Shown here: one piece after another, positions 1 to 8,419 of the stretch
Position numbering within the stretch: the stretch's first letter is position 1
Layout of the letters: each line of letters opens with the position of its first letter
Assembly: GCA_963708135.1 (NCBI GenBank)
Contig: OY970192.1
Location: 4,608,001 to 4,672,000 of the forward strand
Source of the DNA: an uncultured Gemmatimonadales bacterium
GTDB lineage: Bacteria; Gemmatimonadota; Gemmatimonadetes; Longimicrobiales; RSA9
Length of the DNA: 64,000 nt
Direction: 5' to 3'
Position numbers and translations under genes: made by a program
Notes under the pieces: model-generated
What the model was told of the DNA's origin: nothing
Databases searched by the model: none
What the model saw: the letters and a program-made list of their open reading frames with translations, nothing else

Positions 1-969
1 GCCGCCGAGCGAGAGGTTCACGACCGCCGGCTGCCGCAGGGCTCGGGCGCGGTCGGAGAGCCAGACGAGTCCGTCCAGGATCTGGTTGTCCGAGAAGCTG
101 CCGTTGCCGCCCTTGACGACGAGGATGTCCGCGGCCGGCGCCACGCCCGCGTACTGGTACGCGGTGCCGCCCGTGCCGGCGGCCGAGCCATCGCCGGCCG
201 CGGTCCCCGTGACGTGCGTGCCGTGCCCGTTCACGTCCTTTTCGGAGCAGCCGGCGGCGCCGTCGATGGCCGCCTGGATCTCGGCCCGCGTGCAGTAGTT
301 GCCATACAGGGGCGTGCCGTCCGAGAGCGACGGCGCGGAGCCGGGGACCGTCTGGTCCCAGAGCCCCAGCAGGCGGGTTTTCCCGGCGCCGTCGAGGAAA
401 TCGTCGTGCCGGAAGTCGAGCCCCGTATCGTAGACGCCGACAATGACGCCCTGGCCCGCGGCGCCGGTCCACGTGCTGCCCGAGCGCTGGCGCACCTCGT
501 CGGCGTGGATCGAGTGGATCCCGGAGTCATTGGCCACGCGGATCGTGCGCGCGGCCTCGATGGAGACCACGCGCCGCGAGCCGCCGAGATCCTGCACGGC
601 CGATATCGGCAGGCGTGCGCTCACCATGAAGGTGCCGCCGGGCATCGCAACGACGGCGCCGACCTGGCCGCCGCGGGCGCGCAGATCCTCCACCTCCCCG
701 CGGTCGCTGACCTCGACGAGCACGCCGACCCGGACGGTGCCGGACGCATCCCGGTCGAGCGCCAGCAGCGCGCCGAGCGGCCGCTCGGCGGCCGGCGCCC
801 CGGGGCGTAGCCCGGGGGACGACTCGATGGTCGAGCGGTGGGAGCGCGACAGGAGCAGCCGGAGCGTCGGGCCGATGTAAGGTCCGCCCTGCCGTTGCTG
901 CGCCGGCGCGGCCGAGGGGGCCAGCAGCACGGCGAGGAGCGGAGCCGACCGGAGGAGAGAGGCCTTCAT
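1..969 (-). CDS. Secreted S8 (subtilisin-like) serine peptidase, C-terminus runs off the window start
   Basis: Not in the ORF track because it is open at the edge. Manual translation from ATG 969: signal peptide MKASLLRSAPLLAVLLAPSAAPAQQ, a prodomain, then VIVGVYDTGLD (catalytic Asp), DVNGHGTHVTGTAAG (catalytic His) and VVNLSLGG. Confidence 0.93.
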   Translation of the reverse strand, partial: MKASLLRSAPLLAVLLAPSAAPAQQRQGGPYIGPTLRLLLSRSHRSTIESSPGLRPGAPAAERPLGALLALDRDASGTVRVGVLVEVSDRGEVEDLRARGGQVGAVVAMPGGTFMVSARLPISAVQDLGGSRRVVSIEAARTIRVANDSGIHSIHADEVRQRSGSTWTGAAGQGVIVGVYDTGLDFRHDDFLDGAGKTRLLGLWDQTVPGSAPSLSDGTPLYGNYCTRAEIQAAIDGAAGCSEKDVNGHGTHVTGTAAGDGSAAGTGGTAYQYAGVAPAADILVVKGGNGSFSDNQILDGLVWLSDRARALRQPAVVNLSLGG

Positions 970-1346
970 CAGCGATTTCGTCCATGGCGTGAGGGCGGCG
1001 CGGCCGGCGGCCGCGAGACGGGAATCTGCCGGGCGAGCTCCGCGTAGATGACGAACGACAGCTTCGCGAGCCCGGGCGCATCCGCGGCGCGGATCCGCCC
1101 CGTCACCACATCGCCGGCCACGGTCCCGAGCGAGAGGCCGGCGCGGCGGAGCGCGTCCCGCTCGGAGACGGCCGGCGGCGCGGCCAGCCGGACCAGCACG
1201 CCGACCATCGAATCCGGCGCCTGCCGCCCGACGGCGACGAGCCTCGGATCGAGCCGGCGCTCGGCCTCGGGGCGGTGCGCCGCCGCATGGCAGGCGGCGA
1301 GCGCCGCGGCGGCCGCGCCCAGCGCGAACATGGCGCGGGTGAGCAT
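969..1346 (-). CDS. Small lipoprotein resembling a stand-alone subtilase propeptide (I9-like) domain
   Basis: ATG 1346 with CAGGAG RBS; lipobox LAAC; its TGA overlaps the S8 ATG (TGATG); visible similarity to the prodomain of the adjacent S8 protease. Confidence 0.72.
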   Translation of the reverse strand: MLTRAMFALGAAAAALAACHAAAHRPEAERRLDPRLVAVGRQAPDSMVGVLVRLAAPPAVSERDALRRAGLSLGTVAGDVVTGRIRAADAPGLAKLSFVIYAELARQIPVSRPPAAPPSRHGRNR

Positions 1347-1485
1347 GCTCCTGAGGGGCTGGAGACCGGGTAACTCTTGGGCTGTGCGTCGGTTGTGGCT
1401 ACCCCCGCCGGCGGGAGACAGTTCCCGCGCAAGCAGGCAGGCGGAGGCGGGCGCTCCCACCCCTCGGGCGCAGTCGCTGCTGCCG

Positions 1486-2784
1486 TCAGCCGACAATGGC
1501 GGCTACTCGGTCGAGCGCCTGCAGCTGCTCGGCAATGCGCCGCGTCGCGGCGGAAGGCGAGAGCGGCGGGGGCGCGGGAAGGGCGACGAGCCCCTCGTCG
1601 CCCGCGGCAGCGAAGGCGGGGAGGAGCTCCTCCAGGGCGGCCTCGAGCTCCGGGAAGCTCCTGCGGCGTGCCAGGGCCCGCACCTGCTCGAGGTGGGCGC
1701 GGGCCGGTCTCGTGTGCCCGAGCAGGGCTTCGGCCTGGCCGAGCCGCAGGTGGGCGAACGCGCGCGCCCATGGAGCCGCCAGCTCCGGCGTCAACTCCGC
1801 CTCGACCGCCGCGCCGCGCGATTCGAATCCCGCCCGATCCCCCGCCTCGGCCGCGGAGAGCGCATGCTCCGCTCGCGCCGCCCACGTGGTTCGCGGGGAG
1901 GGATCGGCGGCAGCGGCGAGCGCGTAGGCGTGGTCGGCCGCGGCAAAGAGACGCAGCCGCCGCAGCGCGGCACCGAGCGTCAGCAGGCCGCGGGCGCGGG
2001 TCTCCTCGTCATCGCTCCGCTGGAGGGCCGCCCAGCCGTATTCCACCGCTCGATCGGCGTCTCCGGCCGCCAGCTCGAGTGAAGCCAGCGCCGCCGCCGC
2101 CGCCGCCGCGACCCGCGCATCCGCCCACGTCCCGCCACGCTCGGCCACCTCTCCGAGCGTGGAGCGGGCGCGCTCGATCTGCCCGGCACTGGCCGCCAGC
2201 GAGGCGAGCCCCACCATTGCGCGCGCCCACCCAATGTGGTCGTCCAGCTCGAGCGCCAGCGCAGCCGCGCGACTGAGGCAGTCACGGGCCGCCTCCGCCT
2301 GCCCGCTCACGCGCAGCAGGTCGCCCAGCCGGCGGAGCGCCGCCCCCTTGCCCGTCCGTTGCCCGTTCGCCTCGGCGAGCTCGTACGCCGTCCGGTAGAA
2401 CTCCTCCGCCGCCCAGCGGTAGCCGGTCTCCTCCGCCGTCGCTCCCATGTCGAGCGCGCCCTCCACCAGTGCCGCCGGCGTCCGCTGCCGGATGCGATGG
2501 AGGAAGTGCGCGAGGTGACCGCGCTCCGCGTCCCGCGATGGCAGCTGCCCCAGCTCCTCCCTGACCCCCTCGAGCTGCCGCTCGAGCGAGTCCGCCGAAA
2601 CGCCGTCGATGCCGTTCTCCAGCAGTCGCCTCAGGGGCTGCACCGCCAGGAAGTGCAGCCGCGCGCGCCGGCCCAGCTCCGCGTCGCGCTCATCCCGCTC
2701 CAGGTCGCGAAGGGCCAGCCACCCCGGCAACGCCTCCCCGCGCTCCGGTGGGGCAAGAGGGGCGATCCGATCGTAGCGCGCCAT
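1486..2784 (-). CDS. Tetratricopeptide-repeat (TPR-like) helical protein
   Basis: Ala/Leu-rich repeats such as GAALRRLGDLLRVSGQAEAARDCLSRA, ARAMVGLASLAASAGQIERA and AHLRLGQAEALLG; start MARYDRI lies 2 nt after the AraC stop. Confidence 0.75.
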   Translation of the reverse strand: MARYDRIAPLAPPERGEALPGWLALRDLERDERDAELGRRARLHFLAVQPLRRLLENGIDGVSADSLERQLEGVREELGQLPSRDAERGHLAHFLHRIRQRTPAALVEGALDMGATAEETGYRWAAEEFYRTAYELAEANGQRTGKGAALRRLGDLLRVSGQAEAARDCLSRAAALALELDDHIGWARAMVGLASLAASAGQIERARSTLGEVAERGGTWADARVAAAAAAALASLELAAGDADRAVEYGWAALQRSDDEETRARGLLTLGAALRRLRLFAAADHAYALAAAADPSPRTTWAARAEHALSAAEAGDRAGFESRGAAVEAELTPELAAPWARAFAHLRLGQAEALLGHTRPARAHLEQVRALARRRSFPELEAALEELLPAFAAAGDEGLVALPAPPPLSPSAATRRIAEQLQALDRVAAIVG

Positions 2785-2786
2785 AC

Positions 2787-3575
2787 TCAGGCTCCCGTCT
2801 CGCTCGCGCCGCGCCGCTCGCCCGGACACTCACCGGCGAGCAGCTCCACCGCACGCTCGAACCCTTTCGCGTTCCGCAGCGGCGAGGGGCGGCCGCCGAT
2901 CGTCGCCTTGATGGCCCGGCGAAACGCCGCTCCCGACGAGTAGCCCAGTTGATACGCCACCGACTCGACGCTGCGCCCCGGCTCCAGAAGCCAGCGCAGG
3001 CCGTACAGCACCCGCAGCCAGAGCAGCAGGCGACCCGGCGTCGGCAGCCCCCACCGCTCGCACCGCCGCTCCAGCGTCAACACCGACATGTCGAACGCCC
3101 GCGCCAGCGCCGGCACCTGGATCCTGTCCGGGATGCGCTCCGCCGCGTGGCGGATCACGGCGCGCGCTTCCGCCCCGACCCCCCGCTCGAGCCGCTCCTC
3201 GAGGATCGTGGCCAGACCCCGACCAAGCACGCCACGGAGCACCTCCGCCACAAGCTCCGCGTCATCCGCCTGCCGCGCGACCACAACCTCCGCCGCCCCC
3301 GCCTTGCCCACCCGGTACAGCTCGCGCCCATCCATGTCGCCCCACGCCACCAGCGGCGTGAACGGATAGCGCTGCGAGAACCGGTAGACCCGCAGCGCGC
3401 CATCCTTGCGGACCTCCGCGTGCAGGTCCGTCACCACCGCGGCCACGGGATCGCGCCGCACCCGACGGTAGAGGTCGCGCCAGCTCTCGGCCCACGCGAG
3501 CTCGTGCGGAGCGGAGGCCGCCCTCAGCGCCTGCTGGTCGGCGGGGTTGGGCAGGAGCGCGGCGATGAGAGGCAT
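2787..3575 (-). CDS. AraC-family transcriptional regulator with degenerate receiver-like N-terminus
   Basis: C-terminal AraC HTH signature (ALARAFDMSVLTLERR ... SVESVAYQLGYSSGAAFRRAIKATIGGRPSPLR); start MPLIAALLP. Confidence 0.88.
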   Translation of the reverse strand: MPLIAALLPNPADQQALRAASAPHELAWAESWRDLYRRVRRDPVAAVVTDLHAEVRKDGALRVYRFSQRYPFTPLVAWGDMDGRELYRVGKAGAAEVVVARQADDAELVAEVLRGVLGRGLATILEERLERGVGAEARAVIRHAAERIPDRIQVPALARAFDMSVLTLERRCERWGLPTPGRLLLWLRVLYGLRWLLEPGRSVESVAYQLGYSSGAAFRRAIKATIGGRPSPLRNAKGFERAVELLAGECPGERRGASETGA

Positions 3576-3736
3576 GGCGGCACCGTGTTTCAGAGTCTGT
3601 ATACAATGTCCGCCGGAGGCGGGAAGTCGCAGCCGGGCCGATCGAGGCCGCCGCGGCGAACCGTACCGGTCCCCGTACCGAAGTCTGAGCCCGCGTTGCG
3701 GGGTTCCCCTCGGGGGCGGGCGTCCGGGTGAGGCGG

Positions 3737-5665
3737 CTAGGCGGCCGACCCGGACGCGGCCGGTGTATCCAGGGTGTCCCGGTGGGGCGCGGCGCCGGGC
3801 TGGAGGAGGCCGGCCTCCAGCCAGATGTGCTCGCCGCACAGCACCTCCTGTGCGACGTTGTACTTGAAGTTGTCGTGGTTCCGGAACACATCGCGGAACA
3901 GGATGGCGATGCGCCGGCGGGCGTCGCGGCAGAAGAGGTCGGCCAGGCGCATCGGGCCGCGCGCATCTTCGGCGTCGCGCGCGAGCTGGCGCGCGTGCAC
4001 GCAGGTGGCACTCATGGCGAAGAGGAGCGCGCCGATGTCGACGATGCGGAAGAGCACGGCCTGCTTCTTCTCCAGCCGGGGTCCGAAGCGGACCATCGCG
4101 TAGAACAGGGTGCGCGCGAGCTTGCGCGCGGCGCGGTCGGCGAAGCGGAGGTGGCCTGCGAGCTCGCCATAGTGGTCGTAGCGGGGCCAGCGGCCCCAGC
4201 CGACCATGAGCCCGGGCACCCAGCCGGCGAGGTGGCCGGCGAGGCCGGCGGCGCCCCTGACCCGCTTGCCGAGCGCGGCATCAGGCTGGATGAAGGCGCC
4301 GGCGCGCGAGAGGTGGGGGTCGACGGCCTCGCGGGCGATGAAGAGGCGCATGATCTCGCTGGAGCCCTCGAAGATGGTGTTGATGCGGAGGTCTCGCATC
4401 GCGCGCTCGACCGGGACGGGCTCCTCGCCGCGCTCGGCCAAGGAGTGGGCCGTTTCATAGCCGCGCCCGCCGCGCACCTGCATGGTCTGGTCGATGACGC
4501 GCCAGGCGGTCTCCGAATTGAACATCTTGGCGACCGCCGCCTCGAGTCGGATGTCGGACTTGCCGGCGTCGGCGAGCGCCGCGGCGAGCTCCGCGACCGC
4601 TTCCATGGCGAAGGAGCTCGCCGCGATCTCCGCGAGCATGTCCGCCACGGCCTCGTGCCTGCCGATGGCGGCGCCCCACTGGTGCCGCTCGTTGCTCCAC
4701 TTCCGGGTCACCTCGACGCACCACTTGCCGGCCGCCGCGCAGCTCGCCGGGATCGTCAGCCGCCCCGTGTTCAGCGTGATCAGCGCGAGCTTGAGGCCCC
4801 TGCCCTCACCCCAGAGGATGTTTTCGTTCGGCACCCGCACGTTGGTGAGGCGGACGACGCCGTTCTCGATCCCGTGCAGCCCCATGAAGCTGCAGCGGTG
4901 GACGCTCTCCACGCCGGGCCAGGAAGCCTCCACGATGAAGGCGGTGATGCCGCGTCGCCCACCGGCTTTGCGCGCCGGCGTCCGCGCCATCACCACGAGG
5001 AGCTCCGCGATCGGCCCGTTCGTACACCACAGCTTCTCGCCGTTGATGATCCAGGCCGCGCCGTCCTCGGTCGGCTCCGCCGTGGCCTCCATCCGGGCAG
5101 GGTCCGAGCCGACGTCCGGCTCCGTCAGGGCGAACGCCGAGATCGCGCCCGCGGCCAGCCGCGGCAGGTACTTCCGCTTCTGCTCCTCCGTGCCGAACAT
5201 CTTGAGCGGCTGCGGGACCCCGATCGACTGGTGCGCCGAGAGCAGCACGCCGATCGGCGCGCAGTAGGTGCTGATCAGCGCGATGGCGCGGTTGTAGCTC
5301 GTCTGCGAGAGCCCCAGCCCGCCGTACTCCCGAGGGATCTTGATCCCGAACGCGCCAATCTGCCGGAGGCTCGCCACCACCGACTCGGGGATGCGGTCCT
5401 CCCGCTCAATCCGCTCGGGGTCCACCTCGGCCAGCAGGAACGAGCGCACCCGGTCCATGAACTCCGCCGCCCGGCGCTGCTCCTCCGGATCCGGCTCCGG
5501 GGGCGGATCCACGAGGTCCAGCCGCAGCTTGCCCAGGAACAGCTCCTTCACGAAGCTCGGCTTCCCCCACTCCGTCTCCCGCGCCGCTTCCGCGACCTGC
5601 CTCGCCTCCTGCTCCGAGACCTGCCGCCCGCCGTTGCGCTTCGAATCCTCAGGCGTGCTCGCCAT
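3737..5665 (-). CDS. Acyl-CoA dehydrogenase, long form with C-terminal extension (FadE10/VLCAD-like)
   Basis: AFALTEPDVGSD, INGEKLWCTNG, LNTGRL, QVRGGRGY and TIFEGSSEI motifs; start MASTPED with GGAGG RBS. Confidence 0.93.
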   Translation of the reverse strand: MASTPEDSKRNGGRQVSEQEARQVAEAARETEWGKPSFVKELFLGKLRLDLVDPPPEPDPEEQRRAAEFMDRVRSFLLAEVDPERIEREDRIPESVVASLRQIGAFGIKIPREYGGLGLSQTSYNRAIALISTYCAPIGVLLSAHQSIGVPQPLKMFGTEEQKRKYLPRLAAGAISAFALTEPDVGSDPARMEATAEPTEDGAAWIINGEKLWCTNGPIAELLVVMARTPARKAGGRRGITAFIVEASWPGVESVHRCSFMGLHGIENGVVRLTNVRVPNENILWGEGRGLKLALITLNTGRLTIPASCAAAGKWCVEVTRKWSNERHQWGAAIGRHEAVADMLAEIAASSFAMEAVAELAAALADAGKSDIRLEAAVAKMFNSETAWRVIDQTMQVRGGRGYETAHSLAERGEEPVPVERAMRDLRINTIFEGSSEIMRLFIAREAVDPHLSRAGAFIQPDAALGKRVRGAAGLAGHLAGWVPGLMVGWGRWPRYDHYGELAGHLRFADRAARKLARTLFYAMVRFGPRLEKKQAVLFRIVDIGALLFAMSATCVHARQLARDAEDARGPMRLADLFCRDARRRIAILFRDVFRNHDNFKYNVAQEVLCGEHIWLEAGLLQPGAAPHRDTLDTPAASGSAA

Positions 5666-5929
5666 GCCTCCCCCTTCCCGCGCTCGGCGCGCTGGCGCCA
5701 GGCCGGTTCCACCGGATGCGAACGTCAGGGATCGTGCCAAGATCGGTCGCCTCGAAGATACCCGCAGCGCCGGCACGGGCGCAAACCTGCCGCCAATGCC
5801 GAAAATCGTTGCGAAGACGGGGAGTTGTGGATTCGGCGAGCGGGTGGGAAGAGGCAGGTGCGGGGCGGTGTGGGCGGCGCCGCAGGGTTGCCGGCGGAGA
5901 CAATCCGCCCCGCCGGCCACACGTCGGGC

Positions 5930-7099
5930 TCAGCGCAGCAGGTACTTGGCGATCGTCTGGAGCTGCATGTTCGTGGTGCCCTCGTAAATGGTCCCGATCT
6001 TGGCATCGCGGTAGAGCTTCTCGACCGGGTACTCCTTGGTGAAGCCGTAACCGCCGTAGAGGTCAATGCACTGGGAAGCGATGCGCTGGGCGACCTGGGA
6101 GGTATAGAGCTTGGCAATGGCGGCCTCGACGACGAACGGCTGGCCGGCGTCCTTGAGGCGGGCGGCGTTATAGACGAGGAGGCGCATGGCCTCGAGCTCG
6201 GCGCGCATCTGGGCGATCTGGAACTGAGCGCCCTGGAAGTCGGCGATGGGGCGGCCGAACTGCTCGCGCTCCTGGACGTAGCGGACGGTGTGGTCGAGAG
6301 CGCCCTGGGCGAGGCCGAGCATCTGCGCGCCGATGCCGATGCGGCCCTCGTTGAGCGTTTCAATGGCGATCTTGTAGCCCTTGCCCACCTCGCCGAGGAC
6401 GTTCCCGGCGGGGACCCGGCACTCGTCGAGGATGAGCTCGACGGTGGAGGAGGCGCGGATCCCGAGCTTGTCCTCCTTCTTGCCGACGGCGAAGCCTGGG
6501 AACTCGCGCTCGACGAGGAAGGCGGTGATGCCGCGGTAGCCCTGCTCGGGGTCGGCATTGGCGAAGATGATGAAGATGCCGGCCTCGCCGCCGTTGGTGA
6601 TCCAGAGCTTGCGGCCATCGAGGAGCCAGTGGTCGCCGGCGTCGCGGGCGCGGCACTGGAGGGCGAAGGCGTCGGATCCGGAGCCCGCCTCGGAGAGGGC
6701 ATAGGCGCCGACGGTCTCGGAGGCCAGGGCAGGGAGGTAGCGGGCCTTCTGCTCCTCGGAGGCCCAGCGCTGGAGCGCGTTGTTGACGAGCGTGTTCTGA
6801 ACGTCCACGAAGACGCCGACCGAGGGATCGACGCGCGAGATCTCCTCGACGACCAGAACGGCGGTGAAAAACGAAGAGCCCGCTCCGCCCCATTTCTCGG
6901 GGATCTCGATGCCCATGACGCCGAGCTCGAAGAGCTGCTTGATGAGCTCGGGGTCGATGTGGGCGTCCCGGTCCATGTCATGAGTGAGCGGCGCGATCGC
7001 CTCCTCGGCGAACTGCCGCACGGTGTCGCGGAAGAGCCGCTCGTCCTCGGTCAGCGCGGTGAGCGGGGGGCGCGCCATATCGGGAATCATGACGGACAT
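5930..7099 (-). CDS. Acyl-CoA dehydrogenase (short/branched-chain type)
   Basis: AYALSEAGSGSDAFAL, GRKLWITNG, EDKLGIRASST, LYGGYGFTKEYPVEKLYRDAKIGTIYEGT. Confidence 0.95.
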   Translation of the reverse strand: MSVMIPDMARPPLTALTEDERLFRDTVRQFAEEAIAPLTHDMDRDAHIDPELIKQLFELGVMGIEIPEKWGGAGSSFFTAVLVVEEISRVDPSVGVFVDVQNTLVNNALQRWASEEQKARYLPALASETVGAYALSEAGSGSDAFALQCRARDAGDHWLLDGRKLWITNGGEAGIFIIFANADPEQGYRGITAFLVEREFPGFAVGKKEDKLGIRASSTVELILDECRVPAGNVLGEVGKGYKIAIETLNEGRIGIGAQMLGLAQGALDHTVRYVQEREQFGRPIADFQGAQFQIAQMRAELEAMRLLVYNAARLKDAGQPFVVEAAIAKLYTSQVAQRIASQCIDLYGGYGFTKEYPVEKLYRDAKIGTIYEGTTNMQLQTIAKYLLR

Positions 7100-7207
7100 C
7101 GTTGGTCTCCTGTGGTCGGGTCGGGCCGTACCGCGTACCGAGAATACTGCGCGGGGCACGCGGTCGCCAGCGCGAGGAGGCCGAGGATGTTCCGGGCGGC
7201 AGGGGGC

Positions 7208-7241
7208 AAGACGAAGCGCCGCCGGACGAATCCGGCGGCGC
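7208..7241 (-). terminator. Intrinsic terminator-like hairpin
   Basis: Perfect 11-bp stem GCGCCGCCGGA/TCCGGCGGCGC (7216-7241) with a TTCG loop on the minus strand, followed by TTCGTCTT. Confidence 0.65.
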
Positions 7242-7315
7242 CGTAGGGTCTGCCGCAGCTCGACGCGATGCGCGATGGCACCCACCGAGCGGACAGGTCG
7301 TTGCCGTTCGATCGG

Positions 7316-7378
7316 CTAGGCGCCGATGCGGCGATCGCTTGCCCGTGTCGAGTTGCAGGCAGGACTGGTACTTGGCAA
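7316..7378 (-). CDS. Putative 20-aa small ORF (MPSTSPACNSTRASDRRIGA)
   Basis: TTG start 7 nt after GGAGG within AAGGAGGTGATCC (7392-7380); lies between a predicted promoter and a predicted terminator. Confidence 0.4.
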   Translation of the reverse strand: MPSTSPACNSTRASDRRIGA

Positions 7379-7514
7379 GGGATCACCTCCTTCTCTGGGG
7401 GAACGATCGGGCGGGTCGCCAGCGGGCTCGAGGTCCCGCGGTCCGATCACTCTTCGCGCCTGGGCTCGGAGTGTCGGCCCATCCCCCGCGCCGTACGGCG
7501 CGGTTCGAAGGTGT

Positions 7515-7543
7515 ACTCTAATGGAGGCTTGGAAGTTCCGCAA
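7515..7543 (-). promoter_or_regulatory. Sigma70-like promoter for the small minus-strand transcript
   Basis: TTGCGG-N17-TAGAGT on the minus strand. Confidence 0.5.
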
Positions 7544-7587
7544 GCACAGCGCGATGCGTTGTCTCGCGCGCGGGCGCGCGTGATTCC

Positions 7588-7616
7588 TTGCTCGGGACCG
7601 GCGGGGGGCGTATTCT
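7588..7616 (+). promoter_or_regulatory. Sigma70-like promoter of the HisKA-only gene
   Basis: TTGCTC-N17-TATTCT. Confidence 0.5.
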
Positions 7617-7672
7617 AGGCGGTCTAACGGGCTGATCGGAGGATGGGCAGACCGGCCGTCGGGAGGTAGAGG

Positions 7673-7912
7673 ATGGAGAACGACCGGTTGCGCGAGATCG
7701 TGGATCTGGTCGTGAGGATCCGCCATGATGCGAGCAACCCGCTGACGGCGGCGCTCGGGAACGTGCAGCTGATGCTGGAGGATTCCTCGGTTCCGGAGGG
7801 CGAGGTGCGGGAGGGACTCGAGGTCGTCGAGACGGAGCTGCGCCGCCTCGCCCGGATCCTGCGCGAGCTGAATGCGGTGAGGCTGGAATCGGACGAGTCG
7901 GAGCTGGACTGA
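7673..7912 (+). CDS. Stand-alone histidine kinase dimerisation/phosphoacceptor (HisKA) domain protein, 79 aa
   Basis: H-box RIRHDASNPLTAALGNVQLML and second helix LEVVETELRRLARILREL; strong GGAGGT RBS; no ATPase domain follows. Confidence 0.85.
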   Translation: MENDRLREIVDLVVRIRHDASNPLTAALGNVQLMLEDSSVPEGEVREGLEVVETELRRLARILRELNAVRLESDESELD

Positions 7913-7939
7913 AGCGCGGGCGAGGGTGGCCGCGTCAAC

Positions 7940-7968
7940 TTGATTCTGCCATCGGCCGGCCCTATTCT
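7940..7968 (+). promoter_or_regulatory. Sigma70-like promoter of gcvH
   Basis: TTGATT-N17-TATTCT. Confidence 0.5.
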
Positions 7969-8011
7969 CAGCCGGCCGCGGTGGCGTGGCACATGGGCGC
8001 ACGGAGGAAAA

Positions 8012-8404
8012 ATGTCGGAGATCCCGTCGGATCTGCTCTACACCGAGGAGCACGAGTATCTCACGCCGACCGAGACGGCCGGCGTCTACCAGGTGGGCAT
8101 CACGGATTACGCGCAGGGCGAGCTCGGGGACGTGGTCTACGTCGAGTTGCCGGCCGCGGGCGAGAAGTTCGGCAAGATGGATGTGTTCGGGACGGTGGAG
8201 GCGGTGAAGGCCGTGAGCGACCTCTACTGCCCCGTCTCGGGAACGGTGGTCGAGGTCAACGGCGCGCTGGATGCGGACCCGTCGCTGGTGAACAGCGACC
8301 CGTACGGCGAGGGGTGGATGATCAAGCTCCGGGTGGCGAAGCCGTCGGAGGTCGAGGCGCTGCTGACGGCGGAGGACTACGCCGGCCACACGGGAGAGGA
8401 ATAG
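8012..8404 (+). CDS. gcvH: Glycine cleavage system H protein
   Basis: VGITDYAQGELGDVVYVELP, lipoyl-lysine motif VEAVKAVSDLY, VNSDPYGEGW; GGAGG RBS. Confidence 0.97.
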   Translation: MSEIPSDLLYTEEHEYLTPTETAGVYQVGITDYAQGELGDVVYVELPAAGEKFGKMDVFGTVEAVKAVSDLYCPVSGTVVEVNGALDADPSLVNSDPYGEGWMIKLRVAKPSEVEALLTAEDYAGHTGEE

Positions 8405-8419
8405 CGCGAAGGGGGGACC

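Noticed and set aside
7087..7386. 99-aa ORF MIPCQVPV...
   Set aside because: Its GTG start lies inside the SD itself, it crosses the terminator hairpin, and it overlaps the acyl-CoA dehydrogenase start.
7380..7392. GGATCACCTCCTT as a 16S rRNA 3' fragment
   Set aside because: The match is only 13 nt and the adjacent 16S helix sequence is absent. It is better explained as an extended Shine-Dalgarno on the minus strand.
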